Position numbers and translations under genes: made by a program
Shown here: piece after piece, positions 1-13,115 of the stretch
How the letters are laid out: each line of letters starts with the position of its first letter
How positions within the stretch are numbered: the stretch's first letter is position 1
Assembly: GCA_964016885.1 (NCBI GenBank)
Contig: OZ024751.1
Location: 37,386,001-37,450,000 of the forward strand
Reading direction: 5' to 3'
Origin: Eledone cirrhosa
Lineage: Eukaryota
Length of the DNA stretch: 64,000 nt
The notes under the pieces: model-generated
What the model saw: the letters and a program-made list of their open reading frames with translations, nothing else
Databases searched by the model: none
Told to the model about the DNA's origin: nothing

Positions 1-1671
1 AATAATGTTAATGATCTCACCACAACTATTTTTAGTTATATTTGTAGATTTAGGTGTTTTATCTTTTTTATTAGGAGTTTTATTATTAATATTTATTATA
101 GTCTTATGATGAGTAGTTTTTTGAGGGTTACTATACTTTATATTAGAAGATTTAGTATTTTGGGGTATACTGTGGGTGGCATTTAGGTGTGTACCTTTCA
201 TTTGGTGTTTGTTGGTAATATTATGCTGTATGTTTTCAGTATTTTTAGTAGAAGTTATATACTCTAATCTATTTTTGTGGCCACTTCTATCTAGAGCTTC
301 ATTATAAAAGGTCGCATTTTTATCAAATACATCTTGGTTAGAAGAAAGGTTAGAAATTCTAAGTGATATATTATATGCAAGGTTTTTAAGGATAGATTTA
401 GGGTGATTAGATTGTGAGTGTATGTAATGTAAGTTTTGGTTAGGTTTATGGTAAGGTTGGTATATACCCGTAGCTAAATCTAAAGTTATATCTAGGAAAT
501 TTACTACTTTACTTGTTTTTTCAAAAGTAATATTAAGATTATAATAGTCCTTAAGGAAAGTTCTAATATGCTTTTTGTTTTTTTCGATTTCTGAAAGGCT
601 AAGGTTGTTAGAAAGAAGAAGACAGTCATCACGATATAAACCACCTTTGAGGTGGGGAAAAGAGGCATTTATGTTGAAAAGGAGAAAGAGGCCCACAAGA
701 TCAGTAATTTGGGCAGAATCGCTTGAACCCATAGTAATATCAAAAAGATTACTATAAGTGTTTCTGGTCCAGTATTCATTCTGAAATTCAATAAGTGTTT
801 GTCTAGCGTGTGTAATAATGTTAATGTCATCCGAAGTTAAATTAGATCTATTTTTAGCAAATATTAATGCTTTGTTCAGGAGTATGGGTGATATAGAAGA
901 ATAATAGTTATCTATATCAAACTGTAGGAAAGAAGCAGAAGATTTACACCTAATATTTTTAAACCAATTAATTACCTGGGAGGTGTTTTCCCAGAGTGGT
1001 AAAATAACGTATTTTCTTATTTGTGGGATGACTCTATCTAAAATTTTTTTGCTAATTATTCCAATATCTGATTTGGAGGGACATATAAGTCTAATAGAAG
1101 GATTAGAGTTAAAGTTAGATTTGTGATCTTTCAGGTTGAAGTGTGGACTTCTCAATGCCAAAGGTTCAGTTCTATCTTCAATATTTAGTTTTTTTACTAT
1201 GTTGTGTGTTTTGTTGTTGATGTTGGTGAGTGACGCATTATTAGATTTTTTATAACTTTTTCTGAGTTCTTTATATATGAACTCATTATAATGTTCAATA
1301 TCCATATGATACAAGTTACCAGTTTTGTCCGAGTGGACATGGATTTTTTTAGACTTTTTTAGGTCCAATAGGGTAGAATCAAGGTCCTTTTGAAAGACGG
1401 ATTTATACTTTTTAAATTTGAGGTGTTTAATTAAATTAAAAAGGTCTTTCTCGAAGTCTTCAAGTAAAAAGTTGTGTGGTGGATTCTTGTAAGTGTTGAA
1501 ATCATACATATATTTCCGATCTGCTTGTTTAGATTTTCTATCAAAGTGGTAGGCTCTCCATCTAACCCTTCTGATAAAATTATTAGTTTTCTGAATCATA
1601 AGGAGTAAGAAGTCGTCCTTAGAAGGTATTGGTATGTTTTTTAAGGAGGTTCCTAAATATTGTTTTTCCAT
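1..1671 (-). CDS. PLE reverse transcriptase ORF, N-terminal 557 codons of an apparently intact copy (continues beyond the window edge)
   Basis: ATG at 1671. Translates MEKQYLGTSLKNIPIPSKDDFLLLMIQKTNNFIRRVRWRAYHF... and then matches the 6399-8537 protein (QFDIDNYYSSI, FDITMGSSDSAQ, GLYRDD). Absent from the ORF track because there is no stop inside the window. Confidence 0.88.
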   Translation of the reverse strand, partial: MEKQYLGTSLKNIPIPSKDDFLLLMIQKTNNFIRRVRWRAYHFDRKSKQADRKYMYDFNTYKNPPHNFLLEDFEKDLFNLIKHLKFKKYKSVFQKDLDSTLLDLKKSKKIHVHSDKTGNLYHMDIEHYNEFIYKELRKSYKKSNNASLTNINNKTHNIVKKLNIEDRTEPLALRSPHFNLKDHKSNFNSNPSIRLICPSKSDIGIISKKILDRVIPQIRKYVILPLWENTSQVINWFKNIRCKSSASFLQFDIDNYYSSISPILLNKALIFAKNRSNLTSDDINIITHARQTLIEFQNEYWTRNTYSNLFDITMGSSDSAQITDLVGLFLLFNINASFPHLKGGLYRDDCLLLSNNLSLSEIEKNKKHIRTFLKDYYNLNITFEKTSKVVNFLDITLDLATGIYQPYHKPNQNLHYIHSQSNHPKSILKNLAYNISLRISNLSSNQDVFDKNATFYNEALDRSGHKNRLEYITSTKNTENIQHNITNKHQMKGTHLNATHSIPQNTKSSNIKYSNPQKTTHHKTIININNKTPNKKDKTPKSTNITKNSCGEIINII

Positions 1672-2014
1672 TGTGATATGGATGATGGACAATTGAAAGA
1701 GCTCAACTAAATGTATATGGGTTTACAAAATCATACATATATATATGTATATACATAAATATAAAATTAATACACACATACAGTACAAAAATACGAATAT
1801 TTCCGTGAAAATAGGAGCAAAATTATGTAGATAAATCTACCAAGAGTTTACGGTAGTGTCCAATCCGTATGAAGAACTCAATGTATTCCGGATATCATGG
1901 AAAGAAGAGATGTAATGAAAATCCAATTTCGGTGAAAGATAAACGGTATACAGAGTCAAGATAAAATATTAAACAAATAATGAACAAACAATTCCTTATA
2001 TTAAACAAAAAAAG

Positions 2015-2169
2015 TTCACCATTTAACGATCGTTTCTAGGGTATATATGTGCTATAATTGGTATGCATATTTAACAGATCTATGTACAAAATTATACAAA
2101 ATTATACAAATTATCAAGATTAAATATACATACCTAACTCATATATACGCCGTCTTCAGAAATAATGAA
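2015..2169 (-). ncRNA. Type I hammerhead ribozyme with extended stem II (PLE pLTR)
   Basis: Mirror of 11810-11964: TTCATTATTT-CTGAAGA-[116 nt rod]-GAAA-CGATCG-TT-AAATGGTGAA. Confidence 0.75.
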
Positions 2170-2939
2170 GTATATTTATTGATAATAACAACAATTCAAA
2201 ATATCAGTTCAAAATTGACCAATGAAAACACAAAGGGTTAAAAAGCAGTTTGGTGTGTGTATATACATGTAAAACCCTACACACATTTTACAAAAATGTG
2301 TGTATAATATGTATGTGCATACTAAAAAGATGGATGCAAATAAAAAATTTCAAGGTTAATATCTCTGTAAGCTTAATGCGCTGATAAGATACGCAATGAT
2401 ACTTATGTAGTCAAGCATATAAATATATTTTTTTCATACTCACACATATCAGTATAATCACACATACATGTGCGTATATATATAAATATACACATAACCA
2501 CAAACACACAAACACACACACACCCCCCACTCACATTTATATATGTGGATATAAAATCATAAGCAAATAGAAATTAAGTCACTCACATAAACACACTGGT
2601 ACACACATTTCAAGATCAAGATACAGAAATTAGGTGGGAGGGGGGGGGGAGGGGTCAGTATTAGGTTGTCAGACCAGACAGCCTAATATAAATGTATCTA
2701 TAAATTATGAAAAATAAAAAAATAAAAACAATAAAATATATTACATATAATATAATGTACATACGCATACAGATATACATACACATACATACATGTACGC
2801 GCACATAGAGATATCTACACATACATACATACACACATACCTATACTGTCATACACACACATACATTTACACGAACATACACATACACATATAAAAAGAT
2901 AAAAATACGGACACACACACGCGCAACACATACACACAT

Positions 2940-2990
<51 letters not shown>

Positions 2991-3103
2991 TATACACACA
3001 CACACACATAGACTCATATATATATACATACACATACATATACTTATACATAAACATATATATCCCACACTCATACCACCATGAAAACACATACAAACAT
3101 CCA

Positions 3104-3152
<49 letters not shown>

Positions 3153-3244
3153 ATACACACACGTACACATATATGCACATATACATACATATATACACAC
3201 ATACACATATATATATATACACACACACATAAAATACAGACATG

Positions 3245-3275
<31 letters not shown>

Positions 3276-3371
3276 TTCATTACCCTTATATATACACATA
3301 GTATATATACATACACAACCTCACTTATACACATATACACATAAGTTATATTACAATAATAATAAAGAATA

Positions 3372-3402
<31 letters not shown>

Positions 3403-3541
3403 TATACACACATATACACATATACATACATACACATACATATACATACATACATACACATACATACATACACCTAAATATAAACATATATAAATACACA
3501 CATACGAATAAAGACATATATTCACACATAGACACCTATAT

Positions 3542-3583
<42 letters not shown>

Positions 3584-5425
3584 ATATACACACACATACA
3601 CATACATACACATATATATATATATACACATATATACACACGCACACACATACAGACACACATACACACTCACATATATATATATATATATATATATATG
3701 TGTATGTGAGTGTGCGCAAATACATACATATATATACACGCACACATACAAACACACACAAACACATACATATGCATACATGCACACACACACACATATA
3801 TCACATAGATACGAAGATAAACATATAAATAGAGAGACATACAAATATATACAGAACCCATATACACATACATGCAAACACGCATATACATATATACATA
3901 TATACACACATATATATTCCTATATACAAGCATACACATACACACACATATATACATATACCTACACATATATATACCACACATTCACATACACGTACAT
4001 ATATAATACATATATATACATACATATACATACATATGTATGTACAATCATATATACACACTCAATCTTACATTCATATTTACATGCTCATATATGTATT
4101 TTTATATCTAGAAATAAATACCAAAAAAACTATATAGACACCCATCTACCCATATATTCATACATATACACTTACAAAAACAGATGATAATAGTATGGGG
4201 GAAAGGGGGGGGTTTGGAGAAGGGGATCAAAGTAAATATATGTTTCAAGAAACCTATAATATTTTCCATATCTTAATTCAATGTATGTTCTTACATATTT
4301 TCAATGCTAGGAAATACGAAATCTATGCATCACAAAATAAAAAAGTATACCATTAATCATATGTCAACTAAACCAAAGATAGTCAACATATTGATTTCCA
4401 AGGTGTAAATTAGTTAGGTTTATAATATTTGAAGCAGAATTATGAAGTCAAACAGTAGTAGATTATTAATTACATTATAACTAAATTAAAGTTAATAATA
4501 GGGAAAAGAAACCCAAATAAAAATAAAATAAAGTATTACATCGGTAGTAGCATATAAATTATATGTTAACTAAGTTAAAAATTATATATTTATTTCAATA
4601 GTATATGTTAATTAGTATATGTTAATTAGGTATACAATACATAAAGCAGATATTGTATTTCATCAATAGCATAATATAATTATATGCAAATAAAAATCAA
4701 AATTAATACGCATACACATACATATACATACACATACACATACATATACATATACATACACATATATATATATATATATACATATATATACACACATACA
4801 TACATATATAGTCACATAAATATACATACAGATACACATACAATACACACATATATACATATACATATAGATATACATATCTTTTTCAAAAAATTTGCAC
4901 AGAATATATTAACTAGGTATATATCCAAAAACACCTCCCATTCTATGATTACATGAAATTCTGCAATTCGTCTGTACAAGGATACTAATTTTAAGCAAAT
5001 TAAAATTAAAATTAAAGTTTTAGGTTGATTAAAGCTAAAACCAAATAATAAATATATTTCCAAAATGTATATTAATTAGGTCAATAATACTAAAAATTCT
5101 TTCTCCGTCATAGGATACATGATATTATTTTGTTATATTTTATCTGTAAAAGAATTATAATAAAAAAAATTTATAATAAAAAAAAAAAAAAAAAAAAAAA
5201 AATTTTATAATAAAAGGTTAAACTAAATTAAAAAATTATAATAAAAGGTTAAAATAAGTTAAAATTAATCTATAAATTAAATTACTGAATATATATTAGT
5301 AATATTTAAAGGTTTTTCAAAATTAATGATTACATAATATTTTCTCATCTGTAATAAAATATTAATTAAATTAAATTTATAGGTTAACTAACATTTAAAT
5401 TAAATTAAATTCTAGAATAATGTTA

Positions 5426-6345
5426 TTAATTAGGTTTATAATATTTAAATGTTTTTTTTAGTTTATGATTACACGATATAATTAATTCCTGTCTTTTATT
5501 TAATAAGATATCCCTAGACTTCATTATTTCAAATAGTTCTTGGGAACATAATCTACATTCCTTTCTATTATTTTGATAAGGGGTGGCTCTTTTGAGCACA
5601 CTCCAGGTCAAATCATATTTTATATTTTTATTTTTATAACTATTGATTTTTTCTGCTAGAGATGTTGTATTAGCCAGTGCGGCATTTTTAAAGCTATGTT
5701 TGTGGGTATTATACCTTGTCTTAAAATTGTTAGAGGTAGCTCCTATATATGAGCAAATAGAATCTTTAGTTTTAACATTACATTTATAGACTATGTTGTT
5801 AACAAGACAATTCCCTTTTAATGGGCAGTTTGTTTTGTTTCTACAGTTACATCCTTTCGTTAATTCTGTATTTGAGGAGATATTATTGTTAATTTGATGT
5901 ACTGGTGGTATACTTATAGTTTTCTTACATTTATATGCATTATATGCACTTATATTTTGTTTTATGTTATTTGTTGTAGAATATGAGAATTTAACTGTAG
6001 ACCTATTTAAGATTTGATGGTATTTGTGGTTTGGCGGGAAGTTTTTCTCAAGGATATAAAAAAATTTTTTAGCAATATTATCCTTAACTTGTAAATTAAA
6101 AGGAGCATTATACCAAGTAACTCGTCTATTACGGTTTCTATGTTGTTTATTATTTTTATTATTTTTATATGTTGTATCATGATTTTTACTAGGAGGAATA
6201 ATGTTAATGATCTCACCACAACTATTTTTAGTTATATTTGTAGATTTAGGTGTTTTATCTTTTTTATTAGGAGTTTTATTATTAATATTTATTATAGTCT
6301 TATGATGAGTAGTTTTTTGAGGGTTACTATACTTTATATTAGAAG
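5426..6345 (-). pseudogene. 3' fragment of the PLE ORF (linker, Zn-binding motif, GIY-YIG domain) heading the upstream partial tandem copy
   Basis: Reverse complement of 7618-8537; ORF-track peptides 5426-5611 and 6007-6219 are identical to parts of the plus copy. Confidence 0.88.
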
Positions 6346-6398
6346 TATAAATTAAAAAGTATAAATCCGTCTTTCAAAAGGACCTTGATTCTACCCTA

Positions 6399-8537
6399 TT
6401 GGACCTAAAAAAGTCTAAAAAAATCCATGTCCACTCGGACAAAACTGGTAACTTGTATCATATGGATATTGAACATTATAATGAGTTCATATATAAAGAA
6501 CTCAGAAAAAGTTATAAAAAATCTAATAATGCGTCACTCACCAACATCAACAACAAAACACACAACATAGTAAAAAAACTAAATATTGAAGATAGAACTG
6601 AACCTTTGGCATTGAGAAGTCCACACTTCAACCTGAAAGATCACAAATCTAACTTTAACTCTAATCCTTCTATTAGACTTATATGTCCCTCCAAATCAGA
6701 TATTGGAATAATTAGCAAAAAAATTTTAGATAGAGTCATCCCACAAATAAGAAAATACGTTATTTTACCACTCTGGGAAAACACCTCCCAGGTAATTAAT
6801 TGGTTTAAAAATATTAGGTGTAAATCTTCTGCTTCTTTCCTACAGTTTGATATAGATAACTATTATTCTTCTATATCACCCATACTCCTGAACAAAGCAT
6901 TAATATTTGCTAAAAATAGATCTAATTTAACTTCGGATGACATTAACATTATTACACACGCTAGACAAACACTTATTGAATTTCAGAATGAATACTGGAC
7001 CAGAAACACTTATAGTAATCTTTTTGATATTACTATGGGTTCAAGCGATTCTGCCCAAATTACTGATCTTGTGGGCCTCTTTCTCCTTTTCAACATAAAT
7101 GCCTCTTTTCCCCACCTCAAAGGTGGTTTATATCGTGATGACTGTCTTCTTCTTTCTAACAACCTTAGCCTTTCAGAAATCGAAAAAAACAAAAAGCATA
7201 TTAGAACTTTCCTTAAGGACTATTATAATCTTAATATTACTTTTGAAAAAACAAGTAAAGTAGTAAATTTCCTAGATATAACTTTAGATTTAGCTACGGG
7301 TATATACCAACCTTACCATAAACCTAACCAAAACTTACATTACATACACTCACAATCTAATCACCCTAAATCTATCCTTAAAAACCTTGCATATAATATA
7401 TCACTTAGAATTTCTAACCTTTCTTCTAACCAAGATGTATTTGATAAAAATGCGACCTTTTATAATGAAGCTCTAGATAGAAGTGGCCACAAAAATAGAT
7501 TAGAGTATATAACTTCTACTAAAAATACTGAAAACATACAGCATAATATTACCAACAAACACCAAATGAAAGGTACACACCTAAATGCCACCCACAGTAT
7601 ACCCCAAAATACTAAATCTTCTAATATAAAGTATAGTAACCCTCAAAAAACTACTCATCATAAGACTATAATAAATATTAATAATAAAACTCCTAATAAA
7701 AAAGATAAAACACCTAAATCTACAAATATAACTAAAAATAGTTGTGGTGAGATCATTAACATTATTCCTCCTAGTAAAAATCATGATACAACATATAAAA
7801 ATAATAAAAATAATAAACAACATAGAAACCGTAATAGACGAGTTACTTGGTATAATGCTCCTTTTAATTTACAAGTTAAGGATAATATTGCTAAAAAATT
7901 TTTTTATATCCTTGAGAAAAACTTCCCGCCAAACCACAAATACCATCAAATCTTAAATAGGTCTACAGTTAAATTCTCATATTCTACAACAAATAACATA
8001 AAACAAAATATAAGTGCATATAATGCATATAAATGTAAGAAAACTATAAGTATACCACCAGTACATCAAATTAACAATAATATCTCCTCAAATACAGAAT
8101 TAACGAAAGGATGTAACTGTAGAAACAAAACAAACTGCCCATTAAAAGGGAATTGTCTTGTTAACAACATAGTCTATAAATGTAATGTTAAAACTAAAGA
8201 TTCTATTTGCTCATATATAGGAGCTACCTCTAACAATTTTAAGACAAGGTATAATACCCACAAACATAGCTTTAAAAATGCCGCACTGGCTAATACAACA
8301 TCTCTAGCAGAAAAAATCAATAGTTATAAAAATAAAAATATAAAATATGATTTGACCTGGAGTGTGCTCAAAAGAGCCACCCCTTATCAAAATAATAGAA
8401 AGGAATGTAGATTATGTTCCCAAGAACTATTTGAAATAATGAAGTCTAGGGATATCTTATTAAATAAAAGACAGGAATTAATTATATCGTGTAATCATAA
8501 ACTAAAAAAAACATTTAAATATTATAAACCTAATTAA
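6399..8537 (+). CDS. PLE RT + GIY-YIG endonuclease polyprotein, 5'-truncated copy (frame open from 6354; 101 N-terminal aa precede the TTG used as start)
   Basis: RT motifs DKTGNLY, LKDHK, QFDIDNYYSSI, MGSSDSAQITDLVG, LYRDD, VNFLDITLDL, YHKP, SNHP. Linker CNCRNKTNCPLKGNC. GIY-YIG NIVYKC...SYIGAT...FKTRYNTH. C-terminal CRLC..E...CNH. These features match Naiad-clade PLEs. Confidence 0.92.
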   Translation: MDLKKSKKIHVHSDKTGNLYHMDIEHYNEFIYKELRKSYKKSNNASLTNINNKTHNIVKKLNIEDRTEPLALRSPHFNLKDHKSNFNSNPSIRLICPSKSDIGIISKKILDRVIPQIRKYVILPLWENTSQVINWFKNIRCKSSASFLQFDIDNYYSSISPILLNKALIFAKNRSNLTSDDINIITHARQTLIEFQNEYWTRNTYSNLFDITMGSSDSAQITDLVGLFLLFNINASFPHLKGGLYRDDCLLLSNNLSLSEIEKNKKHIRTFLKDYYNLNITFEKTSKVVNFLDITLDLATGIYQPYHKPNQNLHYIHSQSNHPKSILKNLAYNISLRISNLSSNQDVFDKNATFYNEALDRSGHKNRLEYITSTKNTENIQHNITNKHQMKGTHLNATHSIPQNTKSSNIKYSNPQKTTHHKTIININNKTPNKKDKTPKSTNITKNSCGEIINIIPPSKNHDTTYKNNKNNKQHRNRNRRVTWYNAPFNLQVKDNIAKKFFYILEKNFPPNHKYHQILNRSTVKFSYSTTNNIKQNISAYNAYKCKKTISIPPVHQINNNISSNTELTKGCNCRNKTNCPLKGNCLVNNIVYKCNVKTKDSICSYIGATSNNFKTRYNTHKHSFKNAALANTTSLAEKINSYKNKNIKYDLTWSVLKRATPYQNNRKECRLCSQELFEIMKSRDILLNKRQELIISCNHKLKKTFKYYKPN

Positions 8538-8755
8538 TAACATTATTCTAGAATTTAATTTAATTTAAATGTTAGTTAACCTATAAATTTAATTTAATTA
8601 ATATTTTATTACAGATGAGAAAATATTATGTAATCATTAATTTTGAAAAACCTTTAAATATTACTAATATATATTCAGTAATTTAATTTATAGATTAATT
8701 TTAACTTATTTTAACCTTTTATTATAATTTTTTAATTTAGTTTAACCTTTTATTA

Positions 8756-8796
<41 letters not shown>

Positions 8797-10390
8797 TATA
8801 AATTTTTTTTTTATTATAATTCTTTTACAGATAAAATATAACAAAATAATATCATGTATCCTATGACGGAGAAAGAATTTTTAGTATTATTGACCTAATT
8901 AATATACATTTTGGAAATATATTTATTATTTGGTTTTAGCTTTAATCAACCTAAAACTTTAATTTTAATTTTAATTTGCTTAAAATTAGTATCCTTGTAC
9001 AGACGAATTGCAGAATTTCATGTAATCATAGAATGGGAGGTGTTTTTGGATATATACCTAGTTAATATATTCTGTGCAAATTTTTTGAAAAAGATATGTA
9101 TATCTATATGTATATGTATATATGTGTGTATTGTATGTGTATCTGTATGTATATTTATGTGACTATATATGTATGTATGTGTGTATATATATGTATATAT
9201 ATATATATATATGTGTATGTATATGTATATGTATGTGTATGTGTATGTATATGTATGTGTATGCGTATTAATTTTGATTTTTATTTGCATATAATTATAT
9301 TATGCTATTGATGAAATACAATATCTGCTTTATGTATTGTATACCTAATTAACATATACTAATTAACATATACTATTGAAATAAATATATAATTTTTAAC
9401 TTAGTTAACATATAATTTATATGCTACTACCGATGTAATACTTTATTTTATTTTTATTTGGGTTTCTTTTCCCTATTATTAACTTTAATTTAGTTATAAT
9501 GTAATTAATAATCTACTACTGTTTGACTTCATAATTCTGCTTCAAATATTATAAACCTAACTAATTTACACCTTGGAAATCAATATGTTGACTATCTTTG
9601 GTTTAGTTGACATATGATTAATGGTATACTTTTTTATTTTGTGATGCATAGATTTCGTATTTCCTAGCATTGAAAATATGTAAGAACATACATTGAATTA
9701 AGATATGGAAAATATTATAGGTTTCTTGAAACATATATTTACTTTGATCCCCTTCTCCAAACCCCCCCCTTTCCCCCATACTATTATCATCTGTTTTTGT
9801 AAGTGTATATGTATGAATATATGGGTAGATGGGTGTCTATATAGTTTTTTTGGTATTTATTTCTAGATATAAAAATACATATATGAGCATGTAAATATGA
9901 ATGTAAGATTGAGTGTGTATATATGATTGTACATACATATGTATGTATATGTATGTATATATATGTATTATATATGTACGTGTATGTGAATGTGTGGTAT
10001 ATATATGTGTAGGTATATGTATATATGTGTGTGTATGTGTATGCTTGTATATAGGAATATATATGTGTGTATATATGTATATATGTATATGCGTGTTTGC
10101 ATGTATGTGTATATGGGTTCTGTATATATTTGTATGTCTCTCTATTTATATGTTTATCTTCGTATCTATGTGATATATGTGTGTGTGTGTGCATGTATGC
10201 ATATGTATGTGTTTGTGTGTGTTTGTATGTGTGCGTGTATATATATGTATGTATTTGCGCACACTCACATACACATATATATATATATATATATATATAT
10301 GTGAGTGTGTATGTGTGTCTGTATGTGTGTGCGTGTGTATATATGTGTATATATATATATATGTGTATGTATGTGTATGTGTGTGTATAT

Positions 10391-10432
<42 letters not shown>

Positions 10433-10571
10433 ATATAGGTGTCTATGTGTGAATATATGTCTTTATTCGTATGTGTGTATTTATATATGTTTATATTTAG
10501 GTGTATGTATGTATGTGTATGTATGTATGTATATGTATGTGTATGTATGTATATGTGTATATGTGTGTATA

Positions 10572-10608
<37 letters not shown>

Positions 10609-10825
10609 CTTTATTATTATTGTAATATAACTTATGTGTATATGTGTATAAGTGAGGTTGTGTATGTATATATACTATGTGTATATATAAGGGTAATGAA
10701 ATGTATATATATATATATATATATATATATGTGCATGTCTGTATTTTATGTGTGTGTGTATATATATATATGTGTATGTGTGTATATATGTATGTATATG
10801 TGCATATATGTGTACGTGTGTGTAT

Positions 10826-10874
<49 letters not shown>

Positions 10875-10987
10875 TGGATGTTTGTATGTGTTTTCATGGT
10901 GGTATGAGTGTGGGATATATATGTTTATGTATAAGTATATGTATGTGTATGTATATATATATGAGTCTATGTGTGTGTGTGTGTATA

Positions 10988-11040
<53 letters not shown>

Positions 11041-11809
11041 ATGTGTGTATGTGTTGCGCGTGTGTGTGTCCGTATTTTTATCTTTTTATATGTGTATGTG
11101 TATGTTCGTGTAAATGTATGTGTGTGTATGACAGTATAGGTATGTGTGTATGTATGTATGTGTAGATATCTCTATGTGCGCGTACATGTATGTATGTGTA
11201 TGTATATCTGTATGCGTATGTACATTATATTATATGTAATATATTTTATTGTTTTTATTTTTTTATTTTTCATAATTTATAGATACATTTATATTAGGCT
11301 GTCTGGTCTGACAACCTAATACTGACCCCTCCCCCCCCCTCCCACCTAATTTCTGTATCTTGATCTTGAAATGTGTGTACCAGTGTGTTTATGTGAGTGA
11401 CTTAATTTCTATTTGCTTATGATTTTATATCCACATATATAAATGTGAGTGGGGGGTGTGTGTGTGTTTGTGTGTTTGTGGTTATGTGTATATTTATATA
11501 TATACGCACATGTATGTGTGATTATACTGATATGTGTGAGTATGAAAAAAATATATTTATATGCTTGACTACATAAGTATCATTGCGTATCTTATCAGCG
11601 CATTAAGCTTACAGAGATATTAACCTTGAAATTTTTTATTTGCATCCATCTTTTTAGTATGCACATACATATTATACACACATTTTTGTAAAATGTGTGT
11701 AGGGTTTTACATGTATATACACACACCAAACTGCTTTTTAACCCTTTGTGTTTTCATTGGTCAATTTTGAACTGATATTTTGAATTGTTGTTATTATCAA
11801 TAAATATAC

Positions 11810-11964
11810 TTCATTATTTCTGAAGACGGCGTATATATGAGTTAGGTATGTATATTTAATCTTGATAATTTGTATAATTTTGTATAATTTTGTACATAGA
11901 TCTGTTAAATATGCATACCAATTATAGCACATATATACCCTAGAAACGATCGTTAAATGGTGAA
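11810..11964 (+). ncRNA. Type I hammerhead ribozyme with extended stem II (PLE pLTR)
   Basis: Stem I TTCATTATTT/AAATGGTGAA (2 G.U). Core CTGAAGA 11820-11826. GAAA 11943-11946. Palindromic stem III AACGATCGTT. Predicted GUU cleavage after 11954. Confidence 0.75.
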
Positions 11965-12018
11965 CTTTTTTTGTTTAATATAAGGAATTGTTTGTTCATT
12001 ATTTGTTTAATATTTTAT

Positions 12019-12978
<960 letters not shown>

Positions 12979-13082
12979 TATTTATATGTATATACATACA
13001 TACATATATATATATATACATACATACATACACATACATACATACATACATACATACATACATACATACATACATACATACA

Positions 13083-13115
<33 letters not shown>

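Larger units (their letters stand above)
1..12018. mobile_element. Penelope-like retroelement (Naiad-type) array: tandem minus-strand copies (6345->1, running off the window edge) joined to an inverted 5'-truncated plus-strand copy (6354->12018)
   Basis: 1961-6345 is the reverse complement of 7618-12018, and 1-1413 is the reverse complement of 6354-7766 (identical mirrored peptides in the ORF track). Encodes RT+GIY-YIG, has HHRs at 2015-2169 and 11810-11964, and ends in (TA)n at 12018. Confidence 0.92.

Noticed and set aside
8610-8650. SECIS-like ATGA...AA...GA just after the PLE stop (some Naiads encode selenoproteins)
   Set aside because: The ORF has no in-frame TGA, the helix is weak and the spacing is off in very AT-rich sequence.
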